Made by a program: the position numbers and the translations under genes. A stretch of DNA of 64,000 nt, taken from an uncultured Actinomycetes bacterium. GTDB taxonomy: Bacteria; Actinomycetota; UBA4738; HRBIN12. Location of the stretch: positions 555,678-619,677 of the forward strand of contig CAWFKP010000006.1 of assembly GCA_963816425.1 (NCBI GenBank). The letters are read 5' to 3'. Under the pieces are notes generated by a model. That model ran no database searches. It was given only the letters and a program-made list of their open reading frames with translations, and had not been told where the DNA came from. The number at the start of each line of letters is the position of its first letter. The first letter of the stretch is position 1. Positions 18,606-27,879 of the stretch are shown one piece after another.

Positions 18606-19798
18606 TCGGCGACGTACGAACCCAGCTGGACGATGAGCTCTTGGCGATCCGCGAGGCGGGCACGTTCAAGGGAGAGCGCGTGCTGACGAGCCCGCAGGGC
18701 CCGCACGTGACGATGCCCGGTCGCGAGGACGAGCGGATCGTCAACCTCTGCGCCAACGACTATCTCGGGTTGGCGAACCACCCCGAGATCGTCGCGGCGG
18801 CCCATGAGGCGCTGCAGCGGTGGGGCTTCGGCATGGCGTCGGTGCGCTTCATCTGCGGCACGCAGCAGATACACAAGGACCTCGAGGCCGCGCTGACGGG
18901 GTTCCTGGGCACCGAGGACACGATCCTGTACCCGTCGTGCTTCGATGCGAACGGCGGGCTGTTCGAGACGCTGCTGACCGACCAGGACGCGGTGATCTCC
19001 GATGCGTTGAACCACGCGAGCATCATCGACGGCATCCGGCTGTGCAAGGCCACGCGGCTGCGCTACGCCAACGGCGACATGGACGAGTTGGAGACACGGC
19101 TGCGCGAGGCGCAGGGTGCACGGCGGATCCTGATCGCCACGGACGGGGTCTTCTCGATGGACGGCTACATCGCGAACCTTCCCGCCATCTGCGACCTGGC
19201 CGAGCGCTACGGCGCGATGACGATGGTCGACGACTCCCACGCGGTGGGCGTCCTGGGCGCACACGGTCGAGGCACGCCGGAGCACCACGGCGTCGGGGAG
19301 CGCATCGACATCGTCACAGGCACCCTCGGCAAGGCCCTCGGGGGCGGGGGCGGTGGCTACACAAGCGGCCGTCGCGAGATCGTGGCGCTGTTGCGTCAAC
19401 GCTCGCGCCCGTACCTGTTCTCCAACGCGATCGCACCGGTGGTGGCCGGCGCGTCGCTACAAGCGATCGAGCTGCTGTCGGCCTCCACCGACCTGCGCGA
19501 CCGGCTCGAGCGCAACGCCGCGCTGTTCCGCGACCTCATGGGGACCTCGGGACTCGAGGTCCTCCCGGGCACACACCCCATCGTGCCGATCATGGTCGGG
19601 GACGAGCAGCTGCTGGCCCCGATCGCAGCAGGTGTCTTCGCTGCGGGCCTGCACGTGGTCGGGTTCTCGTATCCCGTCGTGCCGCTCGGCACCGCACGGA
19701 TCCGCACACAGGTGTCGGCAGCCCACACCGAGGACGATCTCCGGTTCGCGGCGGACACGCTGACCCGCGTTGCGGGCGAGGTCACGGCTCACAGCTGA
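18602..19798 (+). CDS. kbl: glycine C-acetyltransferase (2-amino-3-ketobutyrate CoA ligase)
   Basis: ATG 18602 in an ATGA overlap with tdh, preceded by GGGAGGA. PLP-transferase motifs NDYLGL, DDSHAVG and the GTLGKALGG lysine site. Confidence 0.9.
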   Translation: MIGDVRTQLDDELLAIREAGTFKGERVLTSPQGPHVTMPGREDERIVNLCANDYLGLANHPEIVAAAHEALQRWGFGMASVRFICGTQQIHKDLEAALTGFLGTEDTILYPSCFDANGGLFETLLTDQDAVISDALNHASIIDGIRLCKATRLRYANGDMDELETRLREAQGARRILIATDGVFSMDGYIANLPAICDLAERYGAMTMVDDSHAVGVLGAHGRGTPEHHGVGERIDIVTGTLGKALGGGGGGYTSGRREIVALLRQRSRPYLFSNAIAPVVAGASLQAIELLSASTDLRDRLERNAALFRDLMGTSGLEVLPGTHPIVPIMVGDEQLLAPIAAGVFAAGLHVVGFSYPVVPLGTARIRTQVSAAHTEDDLRFAADTLTRVAGEVTAHS

Positions 19799-19893
19799 TC
19801 CACAGCCGCCCCACACGGGCCTCCCAGACCGAGGTCGTTGACTGGTCCCGTGGTCGCCAGACCGGCGGCTCCAGGATCAGAAGGAGGCCCGCG

Positions 19894-20250
19894 ATGACAG
19901 CCGATCCGACTCCTCGCCCTCGGCCGCGCAAGAAGGTCGCGACCACGCGCTCGCGCGCGGTCGCAGCCGGCGTGAGCGCCCTGGCGTTCTTCGGTATCGG
20001 CGCCGCGATCGGCGCGCGGGCCACGAACACCAGCGTCACGACCGCGAGCGGGCCAACCGTGAACGCCCGCGTCGCCGATCCGGCACCGGCCACCTCCTGG
20101 GTGTGGGTCCGTTCGAGCGAAGATGACGAGGGCGGCCGGTCCGGGGGAACGTGGGTTGCGGTCCCCGGCACGACCACGGTGCAGCCGGGCAAGACCGCCC
20201 CGACCGCGCCCACCACGACGAGCGGCGGCAGCACGGTGGCGGTGCCGTGA
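19894..20250 (+). CDS. small N-terminally anchored Thr/Pro-rich protein (hypothetical)
   Basis: AAGGAGG at 19881-19887 sits 6 nt before ATG 19894. Basic N-terminus, one TM segment (AVAAGVSALAFFGIGAAIGA), and a C-terminal tail ending TTTSGGSTVAVP. Stop overlaps the apbE start (TGATG). Confidence 0.5.
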   Translation: MTADPTPRPRPRKKVATTRSRAVAAGVSALAFFGIGAAIGARATNTSVTTASGPTVNARVADPAPATSWVWVRSSEDDEGGRSGGTWVAVPGTTTVQPGKTAPTAPTTTSGGSTVAVP

Positions 20251-21191
20251 TGACCGAGGTCGCGGAGACCCGCTTCCGGGCGATGGGGACCGAGGCACAC
20301 GTGATCGTCGTCGGCGCCGAGGCGGGTCTGCTCGATCTCGCCGAGCGACACGTCGCCTGGCTCGAGGACCGGTGGAGTCGGTTCCGACCGGCCAGCGACG
20401 TCAGCCTGATGAACGCGATGGCCGGGATGCCCGTGCGGGTGGAGCCGGAGACCGTGCTGCTCGTGCAGCGCGCGCTCGACGGCTGCACGGTGACGGGCGG
20501 CCGCTACGACCCGACCGTGCTCGGCGCGGTGGTCCGCGCCGGGTACGGTCGAAGCTACGAACAGCTCGCGGACGCGGCCGGCGAGCCGTCGACCGATGCT
20601 CGACTCGAGCGCGGCGCGGCGGCGATCGTCGTGGATCCAGCCGGCGGCACGATCACGATGCCCGAGGGCGTGGGCTTCGATCCGGGTGGCATCGGCAAGG
20701 GCCTCGCTGCGGATCTCGTGGTCGTCGGATTGCTCGCGGCGGGTGCTGCGGGCGCGTGCGTGAACCTCGGAGGCGATGTCCGCGTGGACGGCGCCTCGCC
20801 GGACGACGCGGGGTGGCTGGTTGGGTTGGAGCACCCCTTCCGGGATGAGCCCGCCGCGATCCTCAGCGTGCGCTCGGGCGCCGTGGCGACCACGTCGCGG
20901 CTGACGCGCGTGCTCGCCAAGGGGCACCACGTGATCGATCCCGCCACCGGCGCCCCTGCCCGAACGGGACTGGCGTCTGCAACCGCGGTCGCCGCCGAGG
21001 GGTGGCAGGCCGAGATCCTCGCCAAGGCCGCGTTCCTGGCGGGGCCCGTCGAGGGTCGGCGGCTGCTCGCCGGGCCGCGGGGAACGCCGTGGTCGGGCAC
21101 GACGGGGATGCTCATCGACGACGAGGGCACGACCCTTCGCGTCGCCGGCCTCGATCGCTACGAGGTCCTTCCCGAGGGGAGCGCCGCGTGA
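20250..21191 (+). CDS. apbE: FAD:protein FMN transferase (ApbE family), no signal peptide
   Basis: 313 aa beginning MTEVAETRFRAMGTEAHV. ApbE motifs SDVSLMN, DPGGIGKG, VNLGGD and HHVIDPATG. Confidence 0.85.
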   Translation: MTEVAETRFRAMGTEAHVIVVGAEAGLLDLAERHVAWLEDRWSRFRPASDVSLMNAMAGMPVRVEPETVLLVQRALDGCTVTGGRYDPTVLGAVVRAGYGRSYEQLADAAGEPSTDARLERGAAAIVVDPAGGTITMPEGVGFDPGGIGKGLAADLVVVGLLAAGAAGACVNLGGDVRVDGASPDDAGWLVGLEHPFRDEPAAILSVRSGAVATTSRLTRVLAKGHHVIDPATGAPARTGLASATAVAAEGWQAEILAKAAFLAGPVEGRRLLAGPRGTPWSGTTGMLIDDEGTTLRVAGLDRYEVLPEGSAA

Positions 21192-21769
21192 ACTGGACGT
21201 GGTACGCGGCTCGCGCCGGCGGGTTCGTGGCGTGGGGCCTGGCGGCCGCCTCGGTTGCGCTCGGCCTGGCGCTGTCCGGCAAGGTGTTCCGCCGGCCGCG
21301 GCCCGCCTGGACGATGGACATGCACCGCTTCCTCGGTGGGCTCGCGGTGATCTTCACGATCGTGCACGTCGCGGCCGTGATGATGGACCAGTACGTGAAC
21401 TTCGGCCTGCGTCAGGTGTTCGTGCCGCTGGCCTCGTCGTGGCACCCGGTCGCGGTGGCATGGGGCGTCATCGCGATGTACATGCTGCTCGCGGTCGAGC
21501 TCACGTCGCTGGCACGCCGCCGCATCCCACGGCGCCTCTGGCGACAGATCCACCTCGGCAGCTTCGTGCTGTTCGGCACCTCGACGGTGCACGCGCTGAC
21601 GGCGGGTACCGACACGGCGGCGGGGATCGGCATGATCGGCGTCATCTTCCTGTCGGTCGGGGTGATCGCGATGGTCGCGCGCCGCATCGCCGGCCCGAGC
21701 CCGCAGCCGGTGCCGGAGCGTCCGCCGGCGCGCGTCGATGTCCCGCACCCCGCGGAGCAACTCGCCTAG
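21188..21769 (+). CDS. ferric-reductase-like (MsrQ-like) bis-heme transmembrane protein
   Basis: GTG 21188 in a GTGA overlap with apbE. About 6 TM segments. Two His pairs spaced 14 and 13 residues apart (MHRF...TIVH and QIHL...STVH), as in heme-b ligands of the ferric reductase TM domain. Confidence 0.7.
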   Translation: MNWTWYAARAGGFVAWGLAAASVALGLALSGKVFRRPRPAWTMDMHRFLGGLAVIFTIVHVAAVMMDQYVNFGLRQVFVPLASSWHPVAVAWGVIAMYMLLAVELTSLARRRIPRRLWRQIHLGSFVLFGTSTVHALTAGTDTAAGIGMIGVIFLSVGVIAMVARRIAGPSPQPVPERPPARVDVPHPAEQLA

Positions 21770-22440
21770 CGCTGCAGGAGGAGGCGCGCGACCTCGTCCT
21801 CGGTCACCGCCGTGAAGTCGTCGTACCAGGCGCCCACCCCGCCGAGGGAACGCGGAGTATCGACACAGATCACGCGATCGGCGATCGCGGCCAATCGAGC
21901 AACCGCATCGGGGGCGCCGACCGGAACCCCGACGACCACCTCGTCCGCCCCGCGCGCGAGCATGACCGCGACCGCGGCCTCGGCGGTCGCGCCCGTCGCG
22001 AGCCCGTCGTCGACGACGATGACAACGCGACCTGCCACAGGCACAGCCTCGTGATCCGGTCGCAGCCGGTCGGCTCGTTCCCGGACCTCGGCGGTGGCGG
22101 CGTCCGCCCGCCGGCTGAACGCCGCCTCGGACAGGCCCAACAGGGCAAGCAGCTCACCGTTGCGCACGACGACCCCGCCCTCGCCGACCGCGCCCACCGC
22201 GAGCTCCGGGTTGCCCGGTGCCCCGACCTTGCGAACGATCGCGATGTCGAGCTCGGCGCCCAGCGCGCGCGCGACCTCGGCGGCGACGACGACCCCGCCG
22301 CGGGGCAGCCCGATGACGATCGGATCTCGCTCGCGATACGCGGCGAGATGTTCGGCCAGCACCGAGCCTGCCTCGGTGCGGTCGCGGAACGGTCCGCGGC
22401 GTCGTTCGGCAGTCTCGGGAGCCATGTTCTCTCGCTCCAT
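21766..22440 (-). CDS. phosphoribosyltransferase-family protein
   Basis: PRPP-binding loop VVIVVDDGLATGAT. Family-typical N-terminus FRDRTEAGSVLAEHL. Start is ATG 22440 or 22425. Confidence 0.75.
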   Translation of the reverse strand: MERENMAPETAERRRGPFRDRTEAGSVLAEHLAAYRERDPIVIGLPRGGVVVAAEVARALGAELDIAIVRKVGAPGNPELAVGAVGEGGVVVRNGELLALLGLSEAAFSRRADAATAEVRERADRLRPDHEAVPVAGRVVIVVDDGLATGATAEAAVAVMLARGADEVVVGVPVGAPDAVARLAAIADRVICVDTPRSLGGVGAWYDDFTAVTEDEVARLLLQR

Positions 22441-22476
22441 AGTGCGCGCCGCGACCCCGCGACGCACGTCGGCCGC

Positions 22477-23847
22477 TCAGGCGACCGGGACGGTCCCCGT
22501 GACTCGCGTGCCGTGACCCGGCGCGCTGTCGACGTGCAAGGTGCCGCCCAGCGCACCGAGGCGGTCCAGCATGTTGGTGAACCCCGCGCCCATCCCGGCC
22601 CCGCGCACGTCGAAGCCGACGCCGTCGTCGCTGACGACGAACACGAGCGACCCCTGCTCCTCGGTGACGCGGATCGTGACGGCGGCCGTCTCGCCGGCGT
22701 ACTTGCCTGCGTTCTGGATCGCCTCGAGCACGCAGAAGTAGACGGTGGCTTCGGCCTCGGGCGCGAAGCGCCCAAGGCCGTCGGCATCCACGGTGACGAC
22801 GAGCGCGGCCCGGCGGGCCGCGCTCGTCAACGCGGCCGGGATCCCCTTGTCGGCGAGCAGCGGCGGGTAGATGCCATGCGCCAGGTCGCGCAGCTCCTGA
22901 AGCGCATCCTCCAATCCGGCCTCGAGGTCGTCGAGAGCGGCGCGTGCCTTCTCCGGATCGCGCTCCAGGAGCTGCTCGGCGAGCTTGACGCGCACCGCGA
23001 GTGCGACCAGGTGCTGCTGCGCTCCGTCGTGCAGGTTCCGCTCGATCTCCCGACGGGCCTGGTCGGCGGCCGCCACGATGCGTCCACGCGACGCCTGGAT
23101 CTCGGCCGCCTGGCGTCGCACCTCGTCGAGGCTCGCCTGCAGCGCCGAGTCGAGCTTCGCGTTGTGCAGCATGGCGCCCAACTGCCGAGCGACCTCCACC
23201 ACCGCCCGCTCCTCCTCCTGGGTGAAGACGCGGTCATCGACCGGGCGCTCGACGACGACGACCCCCTGGAGCTCGCCCGCGTTGGCCATCGGGGCGAGCC
23301 GCACATAGGAGCGTTCGCGCCCCTCCAGCATCTGGGGCATCCACACCTGGAGCCACCCGTGCGCCGACAGTCCCGCCTGGACGACCGCCCCCGGCTCCAC
23401 GTCGCCGAGCGGCATGGGCGGCCGATGAATCTCCGGATCGCCGATCCACGGCCGAAGGGTGCCGTCGATGAGCAGCCAGACCTCGGCGGCCCCGAGGCGC
23501 AAGGACGTGCGGAGCCCCTCGGCCGCCTGCAGGACGAGCTCGTCCAATGGCACCGAGCGCGACATCCGCGACGACAGTGAGCGCGCGAGGTCCGACGGCG
23601 CGGCCGCGTCCCTCCCCGAGGCACGGTCGATCGCGACGCGCATGCGATCGTGCAGCACGACGATCAGGGTCACCGCGATCGCGATCGCCAGCAACGCAGG
23701 TCCCGCGAGGCCCCGCTCCGCCCGATCTGGCACGCGACCGAACACGAGGATCATGGCGCCGGACGCAACCCCCACCACGACGACGACGACCAGGAGCCAG
23801 AGCACGAAGCGAACGACGCGACGGGTGAACACGCGAGCCATCGTCAT
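22477..23847 (-). CDS. sensor histidine kinase (HisKA_3 / NarL-partner type) with N-terminal TM pair and GAF-like domain
   Basis: ATG 23847 in an ATGA overlap with the permease stop. H-box ERNLHDGAQQHLVAL and ATPase motifs EAIQNAGKYA, DDGVGF and GAGFTNMLDRL. Confidence 0.85.
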   Translation of the reverse strand: MTMARVFTRRVVRFVLWLLVVVVVVGVASGAMILVFGRVPDRAERGLAGPALLAIAIAVTLIVVLHDRMRVAIDRASGRDAAAPSDLARSLSSRMSRSVPLDELVLQAAEGLRTSLRLGAAEVWLLIDGTLRPWIGDPEIHRPPMPLGDVEPGAVVQAGLSAHGWLQVWMPQMLEGRERSYVRLAPMANAGELQGVVVVERPVDDRVFTQEEERAVVEVARQLGAMLHNAKLDSALQASLDEVRRQAAEIQASRGRIVAAADQARREIERNLHDGAQQHLVALAVRVKLAEQLLERDPEKARAALDDLEAGLEDALQELRDLAHGIYPPLLADKGIPAALTSAARRAALVVTVDADGLGRFAPEAEATVYFCVLEAIQNAGKYAGETAAVTIRVTEEQGSLVFVVSDDGVGFDVRGAGMGAGFTNMLDRLGALGGTLHVDSAPGHGTRVTGTVPVA

Positions 23848-26285
23848 TCCGCCTTCAAGACCGCCGCCGGCTTCACGCGACGCGCGACGAGCCCGGGGCC
23901 GAGGGAGACGAGCAAGGCCGCGATCAGCGTGATCGGGATCACGAGGATCGAGTACAGGGACAGCGCCGGCTCGTTCACTACGCCGAGCCGATAGGCGAAC
24001 GCCGACCAGCCGAGGCGCCCGAGCAACATGCCGAGGGGAACCCCGAACGCAAGCGCCAGGCTCGCGAGGATCAGCGACTGCCAGGCCATCGTTGCGGCGA
24101 CCTGGCGACGTTTGAATCCGAGGGTCTGCAAGATCGCAAGATCGCGCCGGCGTCGCCGCACCGACGTCAGTAGCACGTGCACGAGCGTGGCGAAGGCGGC
24201 GAAGCCGAACAGGATCGACAGCTGCAGCGGCAACGTGCGTGCGTGGAGCGTTGCGCCGACCGTCGTTCCGTACTCTGCGGCACGCGCGGTCGTCTCGGCG
24301 TCCAGATCGCTGAGGACAGACTTGTTGAGGCGCGTCGCAACCGCATCCTGATCGACACCGGGCGCATACCGACCGAGGGTGAGGTTGTCCGTGACCGTGG
24401 GGTAGAAGGACCGCAGCCCCTCCATCGTCAGTCCGACGCCTTGGCCCAGCCCGGCCCCGAATCCGAAGTCTGGGAACACCGGCACGCCGACCACCGTCAT
24501 ATCCTCTCGAAGGTCGCCGACGACGACGGTGACCGTGTCGCCCACCGACACACCGAGCGTGCGGAGGCTCTCCGCACCGAGCGCGACCTCGTGTACGTTC
24601 TGTGGCCAGCGACCCTCGAGCATCGTGGGCGTCACAGGGGCGCCCTTCACGTTCGTGATCCCCCACGCGATCTCCTGGACCTCCTTGCCGGCCGGGTGCT
24701 GCACGGCGACGAACTGCTGGAAGTTCCCCACCGCGAGATCCTGCAGACCCGGATCGGCCTCGATGACGGGGATCGCGTGCTTCTGGAAGGCGTCGCCGAT
24801 GAACGGCTGGCCCGCCCCGAATGTGAAGTTCATCCCGTACAGGCGGGGGGTGTGCCCCAAGTGATCCATGCTGGCGGCGAACCCGAAGGCGGCCACCATC
24901 GCGGCGACGGCGATCGACAGGCCGATGACCGCACTGCGAACGGGGGTGGCGGAACGCCCGTGCCCGGGCTCGAGGGCGAGCCGCGCACCAGCGCCGGCCG
25001 AGACGGGCAGCGGCAGCCTCGCGATCCAGGATGCGAGCGCCGAGCGGCGCACGGACCCCTGGTATTCCACGGCGCCCTCCGGGCCGCTGCGCGACGACGC
25101 GAGCCGTCGGGCCGGAATGACGACACTCAAGATCGTCGTGCCGCCGATCACGAGGACCCCGATCAGGACCGCGAAGCCGTCGATCCGTACACCAACGTCC
25201 GGGTCCAGCGTTCGGGACAGCCCTGTCGGGAACAATGGCGACAGGGCGACCGAGCCACCGACCGCGATTGCCGCGCCCACGCCCGCGACGACGACCGCCG
25301 GCAACGCGGCAGCCCAAACGATCTGCGAACGGGTCATGCCGAGCGCCCGCAGCACAGGCGTGTCGATCATGCCGAGTGACGTGCGCCGAACCAGGAACTG
25401 TCCGAGCACCATGATGCCGGCGATCGCGGCCAGCGCGGCGAGCACCCGCAAGATGATCGCGGTGAGGTGCGTCGAGCGCTCGACGAAGACCCGCTCCACC
25501 GTCATGTTGAGCACGAACGCCCTCGGCTCCTGCGTGTAGATCGACGCGAGGAACGGCGTCAACGAGGCGAAGTCACCTTTGAGTTGGAAGGCGCCCGCGC
25601 TGCACGTCCAGACCTTCCCGTCCCACGCATCGGCGAACCCCGGTCCGGCCCAGACGCCGGGCTCCTCACCGGTGGCCTCCTGGAATCCGATGACCCATCC
25701 CGTGACACGCACGGGGATCTGCACCACTCCCGCCTCGTCCGAGAAGAGCTGGCCCCTGTCGGCAGCCTTCTGCGAAAACATCTCCAGCACGATCGTGTCG
25801 CCGATCGCGGGACGAGTCCCGCCGCTGCGGCCCGGATCCTCGTAGCCGACGGCGACCTCATCAGCAGCGGCCGGCATGCGCCCGGCGAGCAACTGGGGCT
25901 GCAGCACGGCTGCATCCGCAGGGTCGCGAAGCGCGATCACGGTCGAGGAGAAATCTGTGGTGGAGTACTGCAGGAGCGACCCGTCCTGTGTCCGCACGTT
26001 GGCGGGTCCGAACGTGACGATCGCCGATGACTCGACGCTCGACAGCTTCCCGGCCTTCGCCAGGTCGATCGGGGGGGAGAAGTAGCCGTTGGGACAACTC
26101 AGCGCGACGGCCTCGGGCTCGTGGCTCGTCGTTCGGTAGCGTTCGTACGCCGAGTCGGTCTGGCGGGCGCCCGCGAACGCGGCGATCGCAATCGCACCGA
26201 TCAGACCCACGAGGATCGTGACGGCGATCAGCGAGACGGGCCGCGCGCGGACGTCCGCGCGTGCCCGCATCCCAGACGCGCTCAC
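23844..26285 (-). CDS. ABC transporter permease, MacB/FtsX type with two FtsX modules
   Basis: 813 aa with two 4-TM FtsX-like blocks separated by large extracytoplasmic domains. Start overlaps the ATPase stop. Confidence 0.85.
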   Translation of the reverse strand: MSASGMRARADVRARPVSLIAVTILVGLIGAIAIAAFAGARQTDSAYERYRTTSHEPEAVALSCPNGYFSPPIDLAKAGKLSSVESSAIVTFGPANVRTQDGSLLQYSTTDFSSTVIALRDPADAAVLQPQLLAGRMPAAADEVAVGYEDPGRSGGTRPAIGDTIVLEMFSQKAADRGQLFSDEAGVVQIPVRVTGWVIGFQEATGEEPGVWAGPGFADAWDGKVWTCSAGAFQLKGDFASLTPFLASIYTQEPRAFVLNMTVERVFVERSTHLTAIILRVLAALAAIAGIMVLGQFLVRRTSLGMIDTPVLRALGMTRSQIVWAAALPAVVVAGVGAAIAVGGSVALSPLFPTGLSRTLDPDVGVRIDGFAVLIGVLVIGGTTILSVVIPARRLASSRSGPEGAVEYQGSVRRSALASWIARLPLPVSAGAGARLALEPGHGRSATPVRSAVIGLSIAVAAMVAAFGFAASMDHLGHTPRLYGMNFTFGAGQPFIGDAFQKHAIPVIEADPGLQDLAVGNFQQFVAVQHPAGKEVQEIAWGITNVKGAPVTPTMLEGRWPQNVHEVALGAESLRTLGVSVGDTVTVVVGDLREDMTVVGVPVFPDFGFGAGLGQGVGLTMEGLRSFYPTVTDNLTLGRYAPGVDQDAVATRLNKSVLSDLDAETTARAAEYGTTVGATLHARTLPLQLSILFGFAAFATLVHVLLTSVRRRRRDLAILQTLGFKRRQVAATMAWQSLILASLALAFGVPLGMLLGRLGWSAFAYRLGVVNEPALSLYSILVIPITLIAALLVSLGPGLVARRVKPAAVLKAE

Positions 26286-27037
26286 GACGCTGGATCCTCC
26301 AACACGCCGAACACGCCACCGACCGACCCAGCGGCCGGCGTCGCGCCGTCGTCGATCCGGCCGTCACGCATGCGCACGATCCGCTCGGCCGAGGAGGCGA
26401 CCTCGTCGTCGTGGGTCACCATCACGATCGTCTGGCCCCCCTCGTGGAGGCGCCGGAACAACCCGAGCACCTCGGCGCCACCCTCGGAGTCGAGCGACCC
26501 GGTGGGCTCATCGGCGAGCAGCAGCGTCGGGCCGTTGGCGAGCGCGCGGGCGATCGACAGGCGCTGCCGCTGACCGCCCGACAGCACGCCGGGGCTCTTG
26601 CGCGCCTTGTCGGCGATGCCGAGCAGGTCGAGGAGGTCCATCGACCGAGAATCGGCCTGCTTCCGGTTGCGGCCCGCCACCACCATCGGCAGCGAGACGT
26701 TCTCGAGAACACTCATCCCTTCCAGCAGGTTGAAGAACTGGAACACGAGCCCGATATGGCGCCGGCGCATCACCGCCAGCGCGTCGTCGGAGAGGCCCTC
26801 GATCGGGTCGCCGTCGATGGCGATCCTTCCGTCCGTCGGCGCCTCGAGGCCGGCAACGAGGTTCAGCAGGGTCGACTTGCCGCAACCGGAGGGTCCCATC
26901 ACCGCGACGAACTCGCCGTGGGAGATCGCGATATCGAGGCCCCGGAGGGCGCGAACGGGGACTTGCTCGTCATCGGTGGCATCGAAGGTCTTACGCAGGC
27001 CGTCGACCCGCAGGGCATCGGAGGCGGAGGTATCCAT
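26282..27037 (-). CDS. ABC transporter ATP-binding protein (MacB/LolD-like)
   Basis: Walker A GPSGCGKST, signature LSGGQRQR, Walker B LLLADEPTGSLD, H-loop VTHD. Confidence 0.9.
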   Translation of the reverse strand: MDTSASDALRVDGLRKTFDATDDEQVPVRALRGLDIAISHGEFVAVMGPSGCGKSTLLNLVAGLEAPTDGRIAIDGDPIEGLSDDALAVMRRRHIGLVFQFFNLLEGMSVLENVSLPMVVAGRNRKQADSRSMDLLDLLGIADKARKSPGVLSGGQRQRLSIARALANGPTLLLADEPTGSLDSEGGAEVLGLFRRLHEGGQTIVMVTHDDEVASSAERIVRMRDGRIDDGATPAAGSVGGVFGVLEDPAS

Positions 27038-27093
27038 GCGCGAACCGTACCCGGTCGCGACGGGCCTCCACCCTCAGGCGTGCACCACGACAC

Positions 27094-27112
27094 GGGGTGG
27101 GGGTGCCACCCC
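27094..27112 (-). terminator. 7-bp GC hairpin downstream of the DUF2231-like gene (weak intrinsic terminator candidate)
   Basis: GGGGTGG-gggtg-CCACCCC read directly. No U-tract. Confidence 0.3.
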
Positions 27113-27164
27113 GACGATCTCGTGGCTCAGCCGAACCTGGCGCCGAGGACGAGGACCGACGCCG

Positions 27165-27743
27165 TCAGGGCGCCGGCGGCTTCTCGCCCGGCATCAGGTC
27201 GCGATCGGACGGATGCCACGCGGGGGAGTCACCGGCCGTCCGGACGTTGAAGCCGTAATCGAACACCAGCGTCCCGCCGATCGTCGCGCCGAACGCGACC
27301 GTGAGCGCGATGATGACGGTGAGCGCGGCCAGTCCGAACGAGGTGGTCGGCGCGGCGACGTCGTAGCTCCCGAGCCGGAGCAGGATGTCGATCACGACGA
27401 GCCCGGTGACCGTGAGCATCGTCAGCCCGTGCGCGTTCGCGGTCCGGCGGGCCTGCGTTCCTTTCGGCGTCGAGACACGCCAGTCCATCCACCCGGTCAG
27501 CGCGGCACCGAGCGACACGATGAGCCCGCCGATCAAGCACAGCGTCGCCGCCTTGAAGAAATCCGTCGACCAGCTCTCGCTGTGCCACAGCCACGAGACG
27601 ACGTCGAAGGTTGCCGCCAGCACGTACGCGCCGATCGGCACGTCGGTCAGCGGCGGGTGGAACGGCTTGCCCGCGAACCCGCGGAGTCCGAAGAACTTCC
27701 TCCCCTTGATCGTCAACGACGGCCGGACCGAGAACTTCGCCAT
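27165..27743 (-). CDS. DUF2231-like integral membrane protein
   Basis: ATG 27743 is preceded by GAAAAGGAGAGGGG. The N-terminus MAKFSVRPSLTIKGRKFFGLRGFAGKPFHPPLTDVPIGAY plus 4 TM segments is typical of this family. Confidence 0.6.
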   Translation of the reverse strand: MAKFSVRPSLTIKGRKFFGLRGFAGKPFHPPLTDVPIGAYVLAATFDVVSWLWHSESWSTDFFKAATLCLIGGLIVSLGAALTGWMDWRVSTPKGTQARRTANAHGLTMLTVTGLVVIDILLRLGSYDVAAPTTSFGLAALTVIIALTVAFGATIGGTLVFDYGFNVRTAGDSPAWHPSDRDLMPGEKPPAP

Positions 27744-27879
27744 GCCCCTCTCCTTTTCGATGGTGAGCACCACTCAACCATGAGTGGTGGTGCGGTGCCA
27801 CGGGGGAGCGCCGCGGGTCGAAGGCCGATCGAGCCCACACGGGCCCGGATCCGACGCCCGGGGCACTAGGGTGGGTGGT

